The translations under genes were made by a program, and so were the position numbers. Shown in pieces: positions 23,531-34,644 of a stretch of DNA of 64,000 bases (position 1 is the stretch's first letter; each line of letters starts with the position of its first letter). The notes under the pieces were generated by a model. That model made no database searches. It was not told the origin of the DNA and saw nothing but the letters and a program-made list of their open reading frames with translations. The DNA comes from Octopus sinensis (lineage: Eukaryota): positions 40,238,001-40,302,000 of the forward strand of contig NC_043002.1 of the NCBI RefSeq assembly GCF_006345805.1. The letters run 5' to 3'.

Positions 23531-25900
23531 TTGTTGTTTGCGGAGACATATCCGGGTGTGGGTGGTTTGTCCGGTACTGTTTGAAGGAATTTGTCCAAAG
23601 ACTTCTTGAATTTTGTGTGGTCAGTTTCTTTTTTGACGTGTCCTGGTGTAATGTTGAAGAGAGCGGGTCCAATTGAGGTGAAATAGTTGTGCCGTATTGT
23701 CGTTATGTGATGCGATTTAGATTTTTGTTGTGGACGGATGGCACGTGGTCCAAGCCTTGGATGTATTTTGAAGGTGATGCCAACATCATTCGGACAGTGC
23801 TGATGGAATATTTTCCACATCATACAGATAATGTAGCGTTCACGGCGTCGTTGGAGTGAATACAATTTCAGCTTCTCTAGTCTACCCCAGTAGTCAAGGT
23901 CTGACATGCCATCTATCTTTTTTGTGATTGACCTTTGGAGAGCTTCAATTCTCATAATATGTTGTTTTGTGTAGGGAGACCACAGTGGACAGCAGTATTC
24001 AAGGTGGGGTCGGGCAAAAGTGGAGAAGAGAAGGATAATAGTGTGGGAATCTCTCGACTGGAAGGTTCTGAGAATCCAGGAACACATTCTGTGGGCCATG
24101 TCAACTTTGCTGCTTATATGTGTAGTCCAGCTTATGTTGTTGTCCACTGTTACTCCCAAGTCTCTGATGTTGTTGGATGCCATGAGAATTTCTCCAGAAG
24201 GAAGAGAGTATGGGAGTTTCAGAGCGTCCTCCCTTCCAAAGTGGATCAGTTCGAATTTGTCTTCATTTAGCAACATGTTATTCTTTTCCGCCCATTGGAC
24301 AACAGCCAGTAGGTCTGACTGAAGGTTTATTCGGTCATCCACGCCATTGATGACCTTCTGGAGCGTGGAATCATCAGCGAAGGTTCTGATGTTACTGTGT
24401 TTGATGGTGTCAGTAATATCATTTATGTAGATGATGAAGAGAAGTGGGCCCAACACAATGCCTTGTGGGACACCACTGCTGACTTTGGCTGGGCTGGATT
24501 TGACTCCTTCGACTACAACATGTTGGGTTCTGTTAGACAGGAAGCACTTGATCCACTGCAGCAGCTTTCCAGTGACACCAATATTGGACAGCTTTCTCAG
24601 AAGGATCTTATGATCAACCCTGTCAAAGGCCTTGCTGAAATCAAGGTAGATGACATCAGTGTTGGAACCTTCTCCCAAGGCTCTCAAAATGTCATCAAAA
24701 TGATGCAGTAGCTGCGTCAGGCAATCTCTCCCATTACGGAATCCATGCTGGTTGGGGTTCAGCATATTATGACTCTCAAGGAAGTGAGTCATACGCGATC
24801 TCAGCACCCTCTCAAATACCTTGATGATATGAGAGGTGAGTGAGATTGGACGGTAATTCATGGCAAGCGATTTGTTTCCTTTTTTGAAAACTGGGACAAC
24901 AGACTGGGATAGAAGGTCTTCTGGTATATATCCAGCATCCAGTGAGTTCCGCCACAGATTGGCTAGAGGGGGTGCAAGTTGGTTTTGACACATCTTCAAG
25001 ACACAAGCAGGGAACCTATCGGGACCTACTGCTGAATTATGCTTCATTTCCTTTATTGCTGCTAAGACATCAGGAGCGCCAAATGTTATGTCCGATAAAG
25101 TGTATTGGGGAGTAACATCACTGATACAGCCCAGATCAGTCATATCAGGATTGCTGAAAACAGAGCAATATTGTTTCTGCAATATCTCTCCCATGGTTTT
25201 GGCATTGTCTTGAAGAGTACCATTTTCATCAATCAGAGGGCCAACAGTAGAACCAGTGACTCTGTTTTTTTGCAAATGAAAAGAACACTTTGGGATTGAG
25301 TTTGATCTTCTCAATGGCCCAGGCCTCTTCAGCTCTTCGCTGACTATTGATGATAGACATCATGTTGTTTGGGAGTTTATGTTTTTTAATCTCTAGCGAT
25401 GAGATGGCAGTCAGGTTGGTGTGTTGCTGTTGACAGTATTTCAGCATGTTGATCTTTTTGTTAATTCTTTTAATTTTCCTTATGAGAGATTTTCTATTTC
25501 TAGGGATTCGACACTTAGATTTGTTTGCAGATCTTAATGGGGTGTGTCTTGCACATATGTTCGTGATGGTGTCTACAAGTGACTGCCAGGACTTTTTGAT
25601 GTTAGTGGGTGTGTATGTGTGCGTGAAGGACCAATCGACTTGTGCAAGATCATTATTGATCGCTTCCCAGTTTGTATTGTGGAAATCCATAGTGTCAAAT
25701 GGATGAACAGGAGGGATGACATTTGTTTTGCATTTTGGCCAGTGAAATCTCAGATCACAGAGAACCATGTCATGGTCGGAGAGTAGGGTTTTCTCCACTG
25801 CAATATTGTGGATAGTATCAGTGTGATTGCTGAAAATTAAGTCTAAGACGTTTTTGTGACATCTCGTTGGTACCAGTTGGGACAGGAAGAAATCATCCAT
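23531..25900 (-). mobile_element. CR1-clade LINE, young, 5'-truncated within the endonuclease; ORF2 nearly intact
   Basis: 610-aa ORF 23482..25314 (GPD.FP, VPVFKKG, NYRPISLTS, QHGFR, YLDFSKAFDRVDH, SGVPQG.VLGPLLF, FADD, RPHLEYCCPLW) plus upstream frame VLDLIFSN..SDHDMV (25229..~25900); frameshift near 25265. Confidence 0.95.
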
Positions 25901-25922
25901 ATTATATATATATATATATATA

Positions 25923-26085
25923 TGAGTGGTTGGCGTTAGGAAGGGCATCCAGCTGTAGAAACACTGCCAGATAAGACTGGAGCCTGGTGAAGCCTTCTGG
26001 CTTCCCAGATCCCCGGTCGAACCGTCCAACCCATGCTAGCATGGAGAACGGACGTTAAACGATGATGATGATGATGATGATGATG
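25923..26085 (+). mobile_element. RTE 3' tail, short 5'-truncated copy of the young subfamily
   Basis: Near-identical to the reverse complement of 3373-3540; ends in (GAT)n and begins at (TA)n. Confidence 0.9.
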
Positions 26086-26109
26086 TATATTATATAAATA
26101 TATATGTAT

Positions 26110-26575
26110 ATCATCATCATCATCATCATCATCGTTTAGCGTCCGCTTTCCATGCTAGCATGGGTTGGACGGTTCTACTGGGGTCTGTGAAGGCAGAAGG
26201 CTTCATCAGGCCCAGTCAAATCTGGCAGTGTTTCTACGGCTGGATGCCCTTCCTGACGCCAACCACTCCGTGAGTGTAGTGGGTGCTTTTTACGTGCCAC
26301 CCGCACAGGTGCCAGACAGAGCTGGCAAACGGCCACAAACGGATGGTGTTTTTTATGTGCCACCGACACGAGGGCCAGGCGAGGCTGGCAACAGACACGA
26401 AACGGGGCGGTGCTGGCAACGGTCGCGAAACGGAAGGTTCTCTTACATGCCACCAGCACTGGTAACACATCTGCAATTTCCATTGATCGATTTCCATTGA
26501 TCAATTTCGATTCTGATCCTCACTTGCCTCAACGGGTCTTCACAAGTAGAGTTTCGACATCCCACCGGCACTGGT
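26110..26575 (-). mobile_element. RTE 3'UTR and tail, second subfamily
   Basis: (CAT)n on + strand, tail homologous to 34317-34632, GTGGCACRTAAAAAGCACC motif array. Confidence 0.85.
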
Positions 26576-26576
26576 A

Positions 26577-26609
<33 letters not shown>

Positions 26610-26624
26610 AATATATGTACATGT

Positions 26625-26780
26625 GTGTTTCTGTTTAACAAATTCACTCACAAGGTATTGGTCAAGCTCAAGCTATAGCAGACAATGCTTGTCCAAAATG
26701 CCACACAGTGGGATTGAACCTGAAACCATGTGACTGGTTGCCAAGCAAGCTTCTTAACTGTACAGCCATGCCTGCACCTA
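26625..26780 (-). mobile_element. SINE family A head, degenerate
   Basis: Reverse complement of the head/body sequence. Confidence 0.65.
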
Positions 26781-27160
26781 TCTGTAACAAAACATTACAC
26801 ATTCTAATTAACAGCTGAAGTGTCTATTAACAGCTAATTAAAATATGTCATGAATCTGAAATGCTAGTTGCAACACACAAAGTAATTGTAAAAATGTAAT
26901 TAGAAAATTGCTACCAAAAATTTTTAAAAAGGATGGGAAATTCCTGAATAAAATAGATATAGTAATGATTTCAACAATGGTCTGACCTGAAATTGTATAT
27001 CAATCTGTGTATGTGTGAGAAATATATATGTTTATTAATAGCAACAATACATAGAGAAAAAGAGAAACTTCACAATGTGTGACATCCTTGCACACATATT
27101 CATTGTAATAGGTGACAGAATGACAAGCTAATTTGATTCTGCATGTGTGTGTGTATGAAG

Positions 27161-27190
<30 letters not shown>

Positions 27191-27203
<13 letters not shown>

Positions 27204-27410
27204 CAGAGATGTACTTGCATAGCAAGTAATTTGATCTGAGATCATGTGCTGAAACGAAAACAAGTGCAGCGTGGAAGGGCGTTTGTAAGCCATTTAAGAA
27301 ACACACAAAAGCCATTCGATTCACTTCAACATTTAAGTTTAAGTGAATCAAACAGCTTTTGTGTGTTTCTTAAATGGCTTACAAACACCTTCCACGCTAC
27401 AATTGTTATA
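27191..27410. repeat. TA-flanked element containing a ~145-nt hairpin
   Basis: Arms AGCGTGGAAGG..GTTTGTAAGCCATTTAAGAAACACACAAAAGC..GATTCACTT (27268-27326) and their complement (27341-27398). Confidence 0.85.
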
Positions 27411-27581
27411 TATATATATATATATAAAAATAAATATAAGAGAGTAGTCACTATATGGCTCACTCTAGCACTAGTTAATCCAAAAGGTTTCAACCACAAA
27501 AATACTTGTTTCCCATGAAAGTCAGTACGATTGTTAGCTCACACGAACAGGGCAAATAAAAAATAACAAAAATACAGATTA

Positions 27582-27663
27582 TTTTGGGACAATTGTTTCG
27601 CTACTAATGAATTAAATGTAATTTTACTTACAAAAAAATCCACTTGTAGCTCCTCAGCCAAAA
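27582..27663 (-). ncRNA. Minimal type I hammerhead ribozyme, copy 1 (intact)
   Basis: Minus strand reads TTTTGG CTGAGGA GCTAC [loop] GTAGC GAAAC AATT GTC CCAAAA: 6-bp stem I, 5-bp stem II, short stem III with palindromic ACAATTGT, GUC cleavage triplet; predicted cut between 27588 and 27587. Confidence 0.88.
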
Positions 27664-28117
27664 CTATCTGGATGAAATCCACTCAATCATACGCCAGATT
27701 TTACCATAACGATAAATACACGTGTGGTTCAATTGATTACATCCGACGTTATAATTCAAATGCCCCTACTAACAGCGCGCCAAACTTTCACGGGAACAAA
27801 TACCACATTTAGAAGTAAATGTAGCATAATTATAATTAATTAATAAGGGTGAGAGAATTAGATACTAATTTAATAGTATATCTATTCAACACCAAGTGGC
27901 CCAGTGCTCCGAGAAACCTGGATTATTATAATATTTTGTAATATATTATAATATTTTATACAAAAATAAATATAAGAGAGTGGTCACTATATGGCTCACT
28001 CTAGCACTAGTTAATCCAAAAGGTTTCAACCACAAAAATACTTGTTTCCCATGAAAGTCAGTACGATTGTTAGCTCACACGAACAGGGCAAATAAAAAAT
28101 AACAAAAATACAGATTA

Positions 28118-28199
28118 TTTAGGGACAATTGTTTCGCTATTAATGAATTAAATGTAATTTTACTTACAAAAAAATCCACTTGTAGCTCCTCAGCCAAAA
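28118..28199 (-). ncRNA. Minimal type I hammerhead ribozyme, copy 2
   Basis: Same core CTGAGGA/GAAAC/GTC; one mismatch in stem I (CCTAAA) and one at the outer end of stem II (ATAGC). Confidence 0.8.
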
Positions 28200-29224
28200 C
28201 TATCTGGATGAAATCCACTCAATCACACGCCAGATTTTACCATAACAATAAATACATGTGTGGTTCAATTGATTACATCCGATGTTATAATTCAAATGCC
28301 CCTACTAACAGCGCGCCAAACTTTCACGGGAACAAATACCACATTTAGAAGTAAATGTAGCATAATTATTATTAATTAATAAGGGTGAGAGAATTAGATA
28401 CTAATTTAATAGTATATCTATTCAACACCAAGTGGCCCAGTGCTCCGAGAAACCTGGATTATTATAATATTTTGTAATATATTATAATATTTTATACAAA
28501 AATAAATATAAGAGAGTGGTCACTATATGGCTCACTCTAGCACTAGTTAATCCAAAAGGTTTCAACCATAAAAATACTTGTTTCCCATGAAAGTCAGTAC
28601 GATTGTTAGCTCACACGAACAGGGCAAATAAAAAATAACAAAAATACAGATTATTTTGGGACAGTTGTTTCGCTATTCTGTATTTTTGTTATTTTTTATT
28701 TAACTAGTGCTAGAGTGAGCCATATAGTGACCACTCTCTTATATTTATTTTTGTATAAAATATTATAATATATTACAAAATATTATAATAATCCAGGTTT
28801 CTCGGAGCACTGGGCCACTTGGTGTTGAATAGATATACTATTAAATTAGTATCTAATTCTCTCACCCTTATTAATTAATTATATATATATATATAAAAAC
28901 TAAATTAGAGATAAAACCACTATTAGCCAAATCAAACAATGAAAAACATAAACCAAAGCATAAAAATAAAAATAATTAATATAATATATAAAATTTAAAA
29001 ATTTAAATTATTTAAATTTAAAAATTTAAATTATTTAAATTTAAAATTTAAATCATTACTTTATATTTTTATGGTGCCCCAGCACAGCGGTGGTGCCCCA
29101 GCATGGCTGCGGCCTTCGTGCTAAAACATTTTAAGGATTTAAGGATTTATATATATATTTTTGTTATTAAATATATATAACTATCAAAAAGTATTAAAAA
29201 GTTTAATACACGCACACATATATA

Positions 29225-29433
29225 CAGGAGTGGGTGTGTGGTAAGTAGCTTGCTTACCACCCACATGGTTCTGGATTTAGTCCCACTGCATGGCACCTTG
29301 GGCAAATGTCTTCTACTATAGCCTCAGGCTATCAAAGCCTTGTGAGTGAATCTGGTTGACGAAAACTGAAAGAAGCCTGTCATACATATGTATATACATA
29401 TATGTATGTATGTATGTGTGTGTGTATATATAT

Positions 29434-29477
<44 letters not shown>

Positions 29478-29500
29478 GTGTATGTATATATATACACACA

Positions 29501-29533
<33 letters not shown>

Positions 29534-29580
29534 GTATATACATATGTATGACAGGCTTCTTTCAGTTTGTGTATATATAT

Positions 29581-29656
<76 letters not shown>

Positions 29657-29860
29657 GTATATATGCATGTGTATATGTTTGAGCATCTGTCCCCCCACCA
29701 CCACCACTATCGCTTGACAATCGATGCTGGTGTGTTTACATCCCCCTAACTTAGTTTGGCAAAAGAGACCAATAGAATAAGTGCTAGGATTACAAAGAAT
29801 AAGTCCTGGTGCCAATTTGTTCAACTAAAAGTGGTGCCGCAGCATTGGCCACAGTCAAAT
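29225..29860 (+). mobile_element. SINE family A with internal fold-back duplication
   Basis: Head at 29227; 29363-29568 is an inverted repeat of the body end plus microsatellite; 3' half 29670-29860. Confidence 0.8.
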
Positions 29861-29889
29861 ATATATATATTTATTTATATATATATATC

Positions 29890-31065
29890 CAGGAGAAAAA
29901 TAAGAAGTAGTTGATAGCTTCTGTTACCAAGGTGACCAAGTCAGTAGCTGGGGTGGGTGCACTGAAAGTGTAGCTGCTAGAATAAGAATAGCCTGGGCAA
30001 AGTTCAGAGGGCTCTTACTTCTGCTGGTTACAAAGGGCCTCTCGCTCAGAGTAAAAGGTAGACTGTATGACGCATGTGTACGAACAGCCATGCCACATGG
30101 CAGTGAAACATGGGCCATGACTGCTGAGGACATGCGTAAGCTTGCAAGGAATGAAGCCAGTATGCTCCGCTGGATATGTAATGTCAGTGTGCATACATGA
30201 CAGATTGTAAGTACCTTGAGAGAAAAGTTGGACCTAAGAAGCGTCAGATGTGGTGTGCAAGAGAGACAACTGTGCAGGTGTGGTCATGTGCCAAGAATAG
30301 ATGTGTGTAAAAGTGTCACACCCTAGCAATTGAGGGAACCTATGGAAGAGATAGACCCAGGAAGACCTGGGATGAGGTGGTGGAGCACGACCTTCGAACA
30401 TTAGGCTTCACTGAAGCAATGACTAGTGACCAAGACCTTTGGAAATATGCTGTGCTTGAGAAGACCCGGCAAGCCAAGTGAGTCCCATGGCCTATGCCAG
30501 GGGTGTAACCAGCCCACTTATGCGTACCTTTCCTTCATTGGACACTAAACTCTGCTTGTGAAGACCTGTTGAGGCAAGTGAAATCAAAATCAAATTCGAA
30601 TACTGGCATCCATGCTAGTGAAGCACTAATAGCACCATCTGAATGTGATTGTTGCCAGAGCAGCTGACTGGCTTCCATGCTAGTGGCACGTAAAAAGCAC
30701 CATTTGAGTGTGATCTTTACCAGCGTTGCCTTACTGGATCTTCTGCCAGTGGCACATGAATAATATTCGAGTGAGGTCTTTGCCAGTGCCGCTGGACTGG
30801 CTCCTGTGCAGGTGGCACGTAAAAAACACCATTTGAGCATGGCCATTGCCAGAACTGCCTGACTGGCCCTCGTGCCAATGGCATGTAAAAGCACCCACTA
30901 CACTCTTGGAGTGGTTGGCATTAGGAAGGGCATCCTGCTGTAGAAACTATGCCAGATCAGATTGGAACCTGGTGTAGCCATCTGGTTTGCCAGTCCTCAG
31001 TCAAATCGTCCAACCCATGCCAGCATGGAAAGCAGACATTAAATAATGATGATGATGATGATGAT
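29890..31065 (+). mobile_element. RTE LINE 3' portion (ORF C-terminus, ~62-bp UTR repeats, tail)
   Basis: GEK.EVVDSF, AWAKFR, GLSLRVKGRLYDACVRT, HGSETW in broken frames; UTR array 30605-30900; (GAT)n tail. Confidence 0.9.
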
Positions 31066-33116
31066 ATATATACATTTATATATATATATATATCATTTCT
31101 GCAGTTTCAGCTCAGACAGTTTAGTAGTACTTTGTGCTTTTCCTACTAGTTGCTACCATTCACTCTTCTATCTTCCCTTTTTTAGCTCCCGTCATGTCAA
31201 CTTTGAAGATGGATTCTGTCAGAAATGTCAGAAACTCCTCTTCTCACAACAGTATTACTTTATTCTTTCTGCTAATCTTTCCAATAAATACAATTCTTGC
31301 CTCTGAACAGGTCACCACCACTTTCCTTGAATTCTGATTTATATATATATAAATCATCATCATTTAACAGCTGTTTTCCAAGCTGGCAGCTTTGGCAGCT
31401 ACAGCTGGATGTCCCTCCTAATACTAACCACTATACAGTGTGTACTGAGCGATTTTTTTTTCATGCCACCAGCACTTGTGAGGTCACCAAGTAACTTGAG
31501 AAAAGAACGGGAAAAAAGAAAAGGAAAAAGTCCCTTTGTCTAAATAGGAGGTGATTATTTGAGCAGGGAGTAGTTTTATGCCAGGTGTTAAGAGATTAAA
31601 GTACGACAGATTTCCAAGCACAAGTGTTTTACTATAGAGGAGATACATGACTTCCCTGCATTATATAAGGGTGAGTGAGAGTAGCTAGAAAGACGGTAGA
31701 GATGGTGGTGACAAGATACCTAAACATCTCAAGATAAAAGAAGGTGAGTAGAAGAGAGGATACAGATCAGGGGTCAGATGGCCTGGACATTTATGAAGAA
31801 CTAAAAGTAGGCTTCAGGTTAGCTTTTCACTCACTAGTCTAAGTTTCAAGTGGGTGCTTAAGTTTCTACATTCTTATATATTCTTTTGCCTTAATGCTTC
31901 AGCCATGAAGTGTTCAGGATTCTTATGAAAATATTTATTAACAGATATATAGACACCTGGATTTTCATTGCAAGTTCAAAATATGAGCAAGGAAGAAGAC
32001 TGAAATATAGAAAAATAAGTTTCAGTCAAAGGATCTAAAGTTGAGCATGCTACTAGTTAGGAACTGGATCTTCCAAATCCTAGAACATGGTGAAGTTCAG
32101 TATTATGGAAGAGTATAGGTAGAGACTCAGTGGTCTGTATGTAACTGTGTACACAACAATAAATGATAAGTGTGAGAACAATGTGAAATATTATACAGCA
32201 CTAGACTTCTCGTTTGGTTTCCAGAAATCCAGAAATTCTGTGAAATACTATACAATATGCACAAGAATACTGTAAAATACTATACAATATGTTTACTGGT
32301 GTAAACAAACCCAGTTTTTAAAGTTATTCGATTTACATATGGTGTGTTAAAAATAGTTTTGTTCTTTAGTATTTTTAAGTTGATTGATAAAGATTAAACA
32401 TTCTCTGCTTTAGAAGTGTATTAATTTGTACTTGTGTCTGTTAAATAATGTCCTGTTCTCCACTTTTCTTTTACAAGATGAAAATTATAAAATTTTCATC
32501 TTATAAACATTATACTGCACACAAAGTAGAGTATGTTATATTTTAAGAATTTTAAATAGATTAATAAATATCAAACAGACCCTGTTTTAGAAGTGTATTA
32601 ATTTTAATGTTAAATACAATTTACTTCTTTACTTTTCATCGTTTATCTTATATGTTAAGTATATATATATATATAGGCTGTGTTCATAAAACCAGTAAAT
32701 TCAGAAATCTGAGAAACTTCTTGTCCCAAGCTTGCTGGATAATTGGTCCATTATTGCATTCACTGCTACAACTAGTTGTATGAACAGTCTGAGAGTGGAG
32801 AGCATGGGGAACATATCAGATCTGTCATGAAGGCAATCTAATTAGTTCTGGTAGCCATGTCACAGTCTTTGTGATACAGAGTTGGAGTTTAGGTAGCATA
32901 CCTGTATGAATGCAGATTATATGATAAAACTGTCAGTCATAGAGATTACAATGCAGATTATATTTTATTATATGAAACTGTCCATCATGTAGTGGTGAAA
33001 TGTTGGAAGAGAGCATTTCTAGCAACTAGGGAGGAGCAGTTTATCTTCAGAGGCAGACTGAATGTGAGTGAATAAGTAGCACAGTGACTGGATCATGAAG
33101 GCTTGTTTGTTTGTTC

Positions 33117-33150
<34 letters not shown>

Positions 33151-33171
33151 ATGTAGGTTTGTGTATGTATG

Positions 33172-33621
33172 TCATTATTCAGTTTATTTCAAGATTTCTT
33201 GCCAATAGAGAAAGAACCGGTTTCTAACCTAGATCAAAGATTCCTTCATTGGAATTTCAACATCAACAACAAGGTATTTTTGTTTGTATGTATGAATGTA
33301 TGTGCAGATTTGTATATTTTATGTATGTATTCTCATGCATATAGTTACATATCAGGACATGCTCATTTATACTTAAATGATAAACTTCTGAGAAGTTTTA
33401 GAGATTTTTACAGTTTTAGTGATGGATTGGATCTGTAGTCTTTGAGCTTTCTCCTTTCTGGTTTTGAGAAGCCTAATTTCTCAAAATTGGTTTTTAGGCA
33501 GTCTGTTACATATCCCAGGGCTCCAATAATTACAGGTATAAACTTGAACTTATAACCTGGATAGAGTAACTGCAGATTTCTCAATAGTTCGGCGTAGGTG
33601 TTCTCTTTTCCACTGATCTTC
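33172..33621 (-). mobile_element. R4/Dong-like non-LTR retrotransposon 3' end (restriction-like endonuclease C-terminus plus 3'UTR)
   Basis: KENTYAELLRNLQLLYPGYKFKFIPVIIGALGYV..L..LGF, then after a frameshift RLQIQSITKTVKI; the K..Y..L and P.VIGALG pattern marks the REL-domain C-terminus; 3' end AATAAACTGAATAATGA is followed by (CATA)n. Confidence 0.7.
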
Positions 33622-33749
33622 ATATGTATGTATGTATGTATGGGCCAAAGACACCTCAGCTAGTATGTAAATGTAAATATTATTAGTAAGTGAAACACCA
33701 CTTCCCGGACAGTTTTCTCCTAGCTTGTGTCATGTAATATATATTCTTT

Positions 33750-34200
33750 TATTCTTTTACTTGTTTCAGTCATTTGACAGCAGCCATGCCAGAGCACTGC
33801 CTTTACTGGTTTTAGTCAAACAAATAAATCTCAAGGCTTATTTTTTTAAAGCCTAGTACTTATTCTATGTGTCTCTTTTTCTGAACCCTTAAGTTATGGG
33901 GAAGCAAACACACTAACACTGGTTGTCAAGCCATGATGGGGGAACAAACAACGACACACACACACATAGATATATGCATATATCTTTTATCATTTATCTT
34001 TCTCTTGTTTCAGTCATTAGACTGCAGCCATGCCGGGGCACTGCCTTCAATTTTTAGTCAAATGAATTGACCCCAGTATTTATTATATCAGTATCTTTTT
34101 ACTGAACTGCTAAGTTACAGGGACGTAAACACAACAACACCAGTTGTCAAGCAGTAATGAGGGGACAAACACAGACACAGAGACACACACACACACATAG
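33750..34200 (-). mobile_element. Two SINE A 3' halves
   Basis: Tails at 33755-33800 and 33995-34040, each followed by the reverse-complemented 3' half. Confidence 0.7.
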
Positions 34201-34316
34201 ATATATATACATTATACATATATATATGTGTGTGTGGATGTATATATGTATATATATATATGATTGATTGATTCTAGTTTCAGCTCACGAGCTGTGGCGA
34301 TGCTGGGGCACCGCAA

Positions 34317-34632
34317 TCATCATCATCATCATCATCATCGTTTAGCGACCGTTTTCCATGCTAGCATGGGTTGGACGGTTCTACTGGGGTCTGTGAAGCC
34401 AGAAGGCTTCATCAGGCCCAGTCAAATCTGGCAGTGTTTCTACGGCTGGATGCCCTTCCTAACGCCAACCACTCCGTGAGTGTAGTGGGTGCTTTTTACG
34501 TGCCACCCGCACTGGTGCCAGACAGAGCTGGCAAACGGCCACGAACGGATGGTGCTTTTTATGTGCCACCGGCACGAGGGCCAGGCGAGGCTGGCAACGG
34601 ACACGAAACGGGGCGGTGCTGGCAACGGTCGC
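34317..34632 (-). mobile_element. RTE 3' tail/UTR, same subfamily as 26110-26575
   Basis: Near-identical to 26110-26430. Confidence 0.88.
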
Positions 34633-34644
34633 GATATATATATA

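Larger units (their letters stand above)
27426..28882 (-). mobile_element. Tandem 536-bp repeat array (2.33 units) plus inverted segment; retrozyme/Penelope-pLTR-like
   Basis: Units start at 27426, 27962 and 28498 (exact 536 spacing, few differences); 28677-28882 is an inverted, internally deleted copy; each unit carries a hammerhead motif; flanked by (TA)n. Confidence 0.88.

Noticed and set aside
29316-29824. ORFs rich in YI/YV/HT dipeptides (also 207..392, 23010..23459, 27100..27351)
   Set aside because: Translations of (TA)n/(CATA)n microsatellites and SINEs, not genes
31200-31245. TTGAAGA..GAAAC motif resembling a Penelope terminal ribozyme
   Set aside because: First core base is wrong, and no stem I, stem III or cleavage triplet can be formed
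31903-32039. 45-codon open frame after a CAG acceptor as a terminal exon for the 13.4-kb candidate gene
   Set aside because: No homology or codon support; such frames arise by chance
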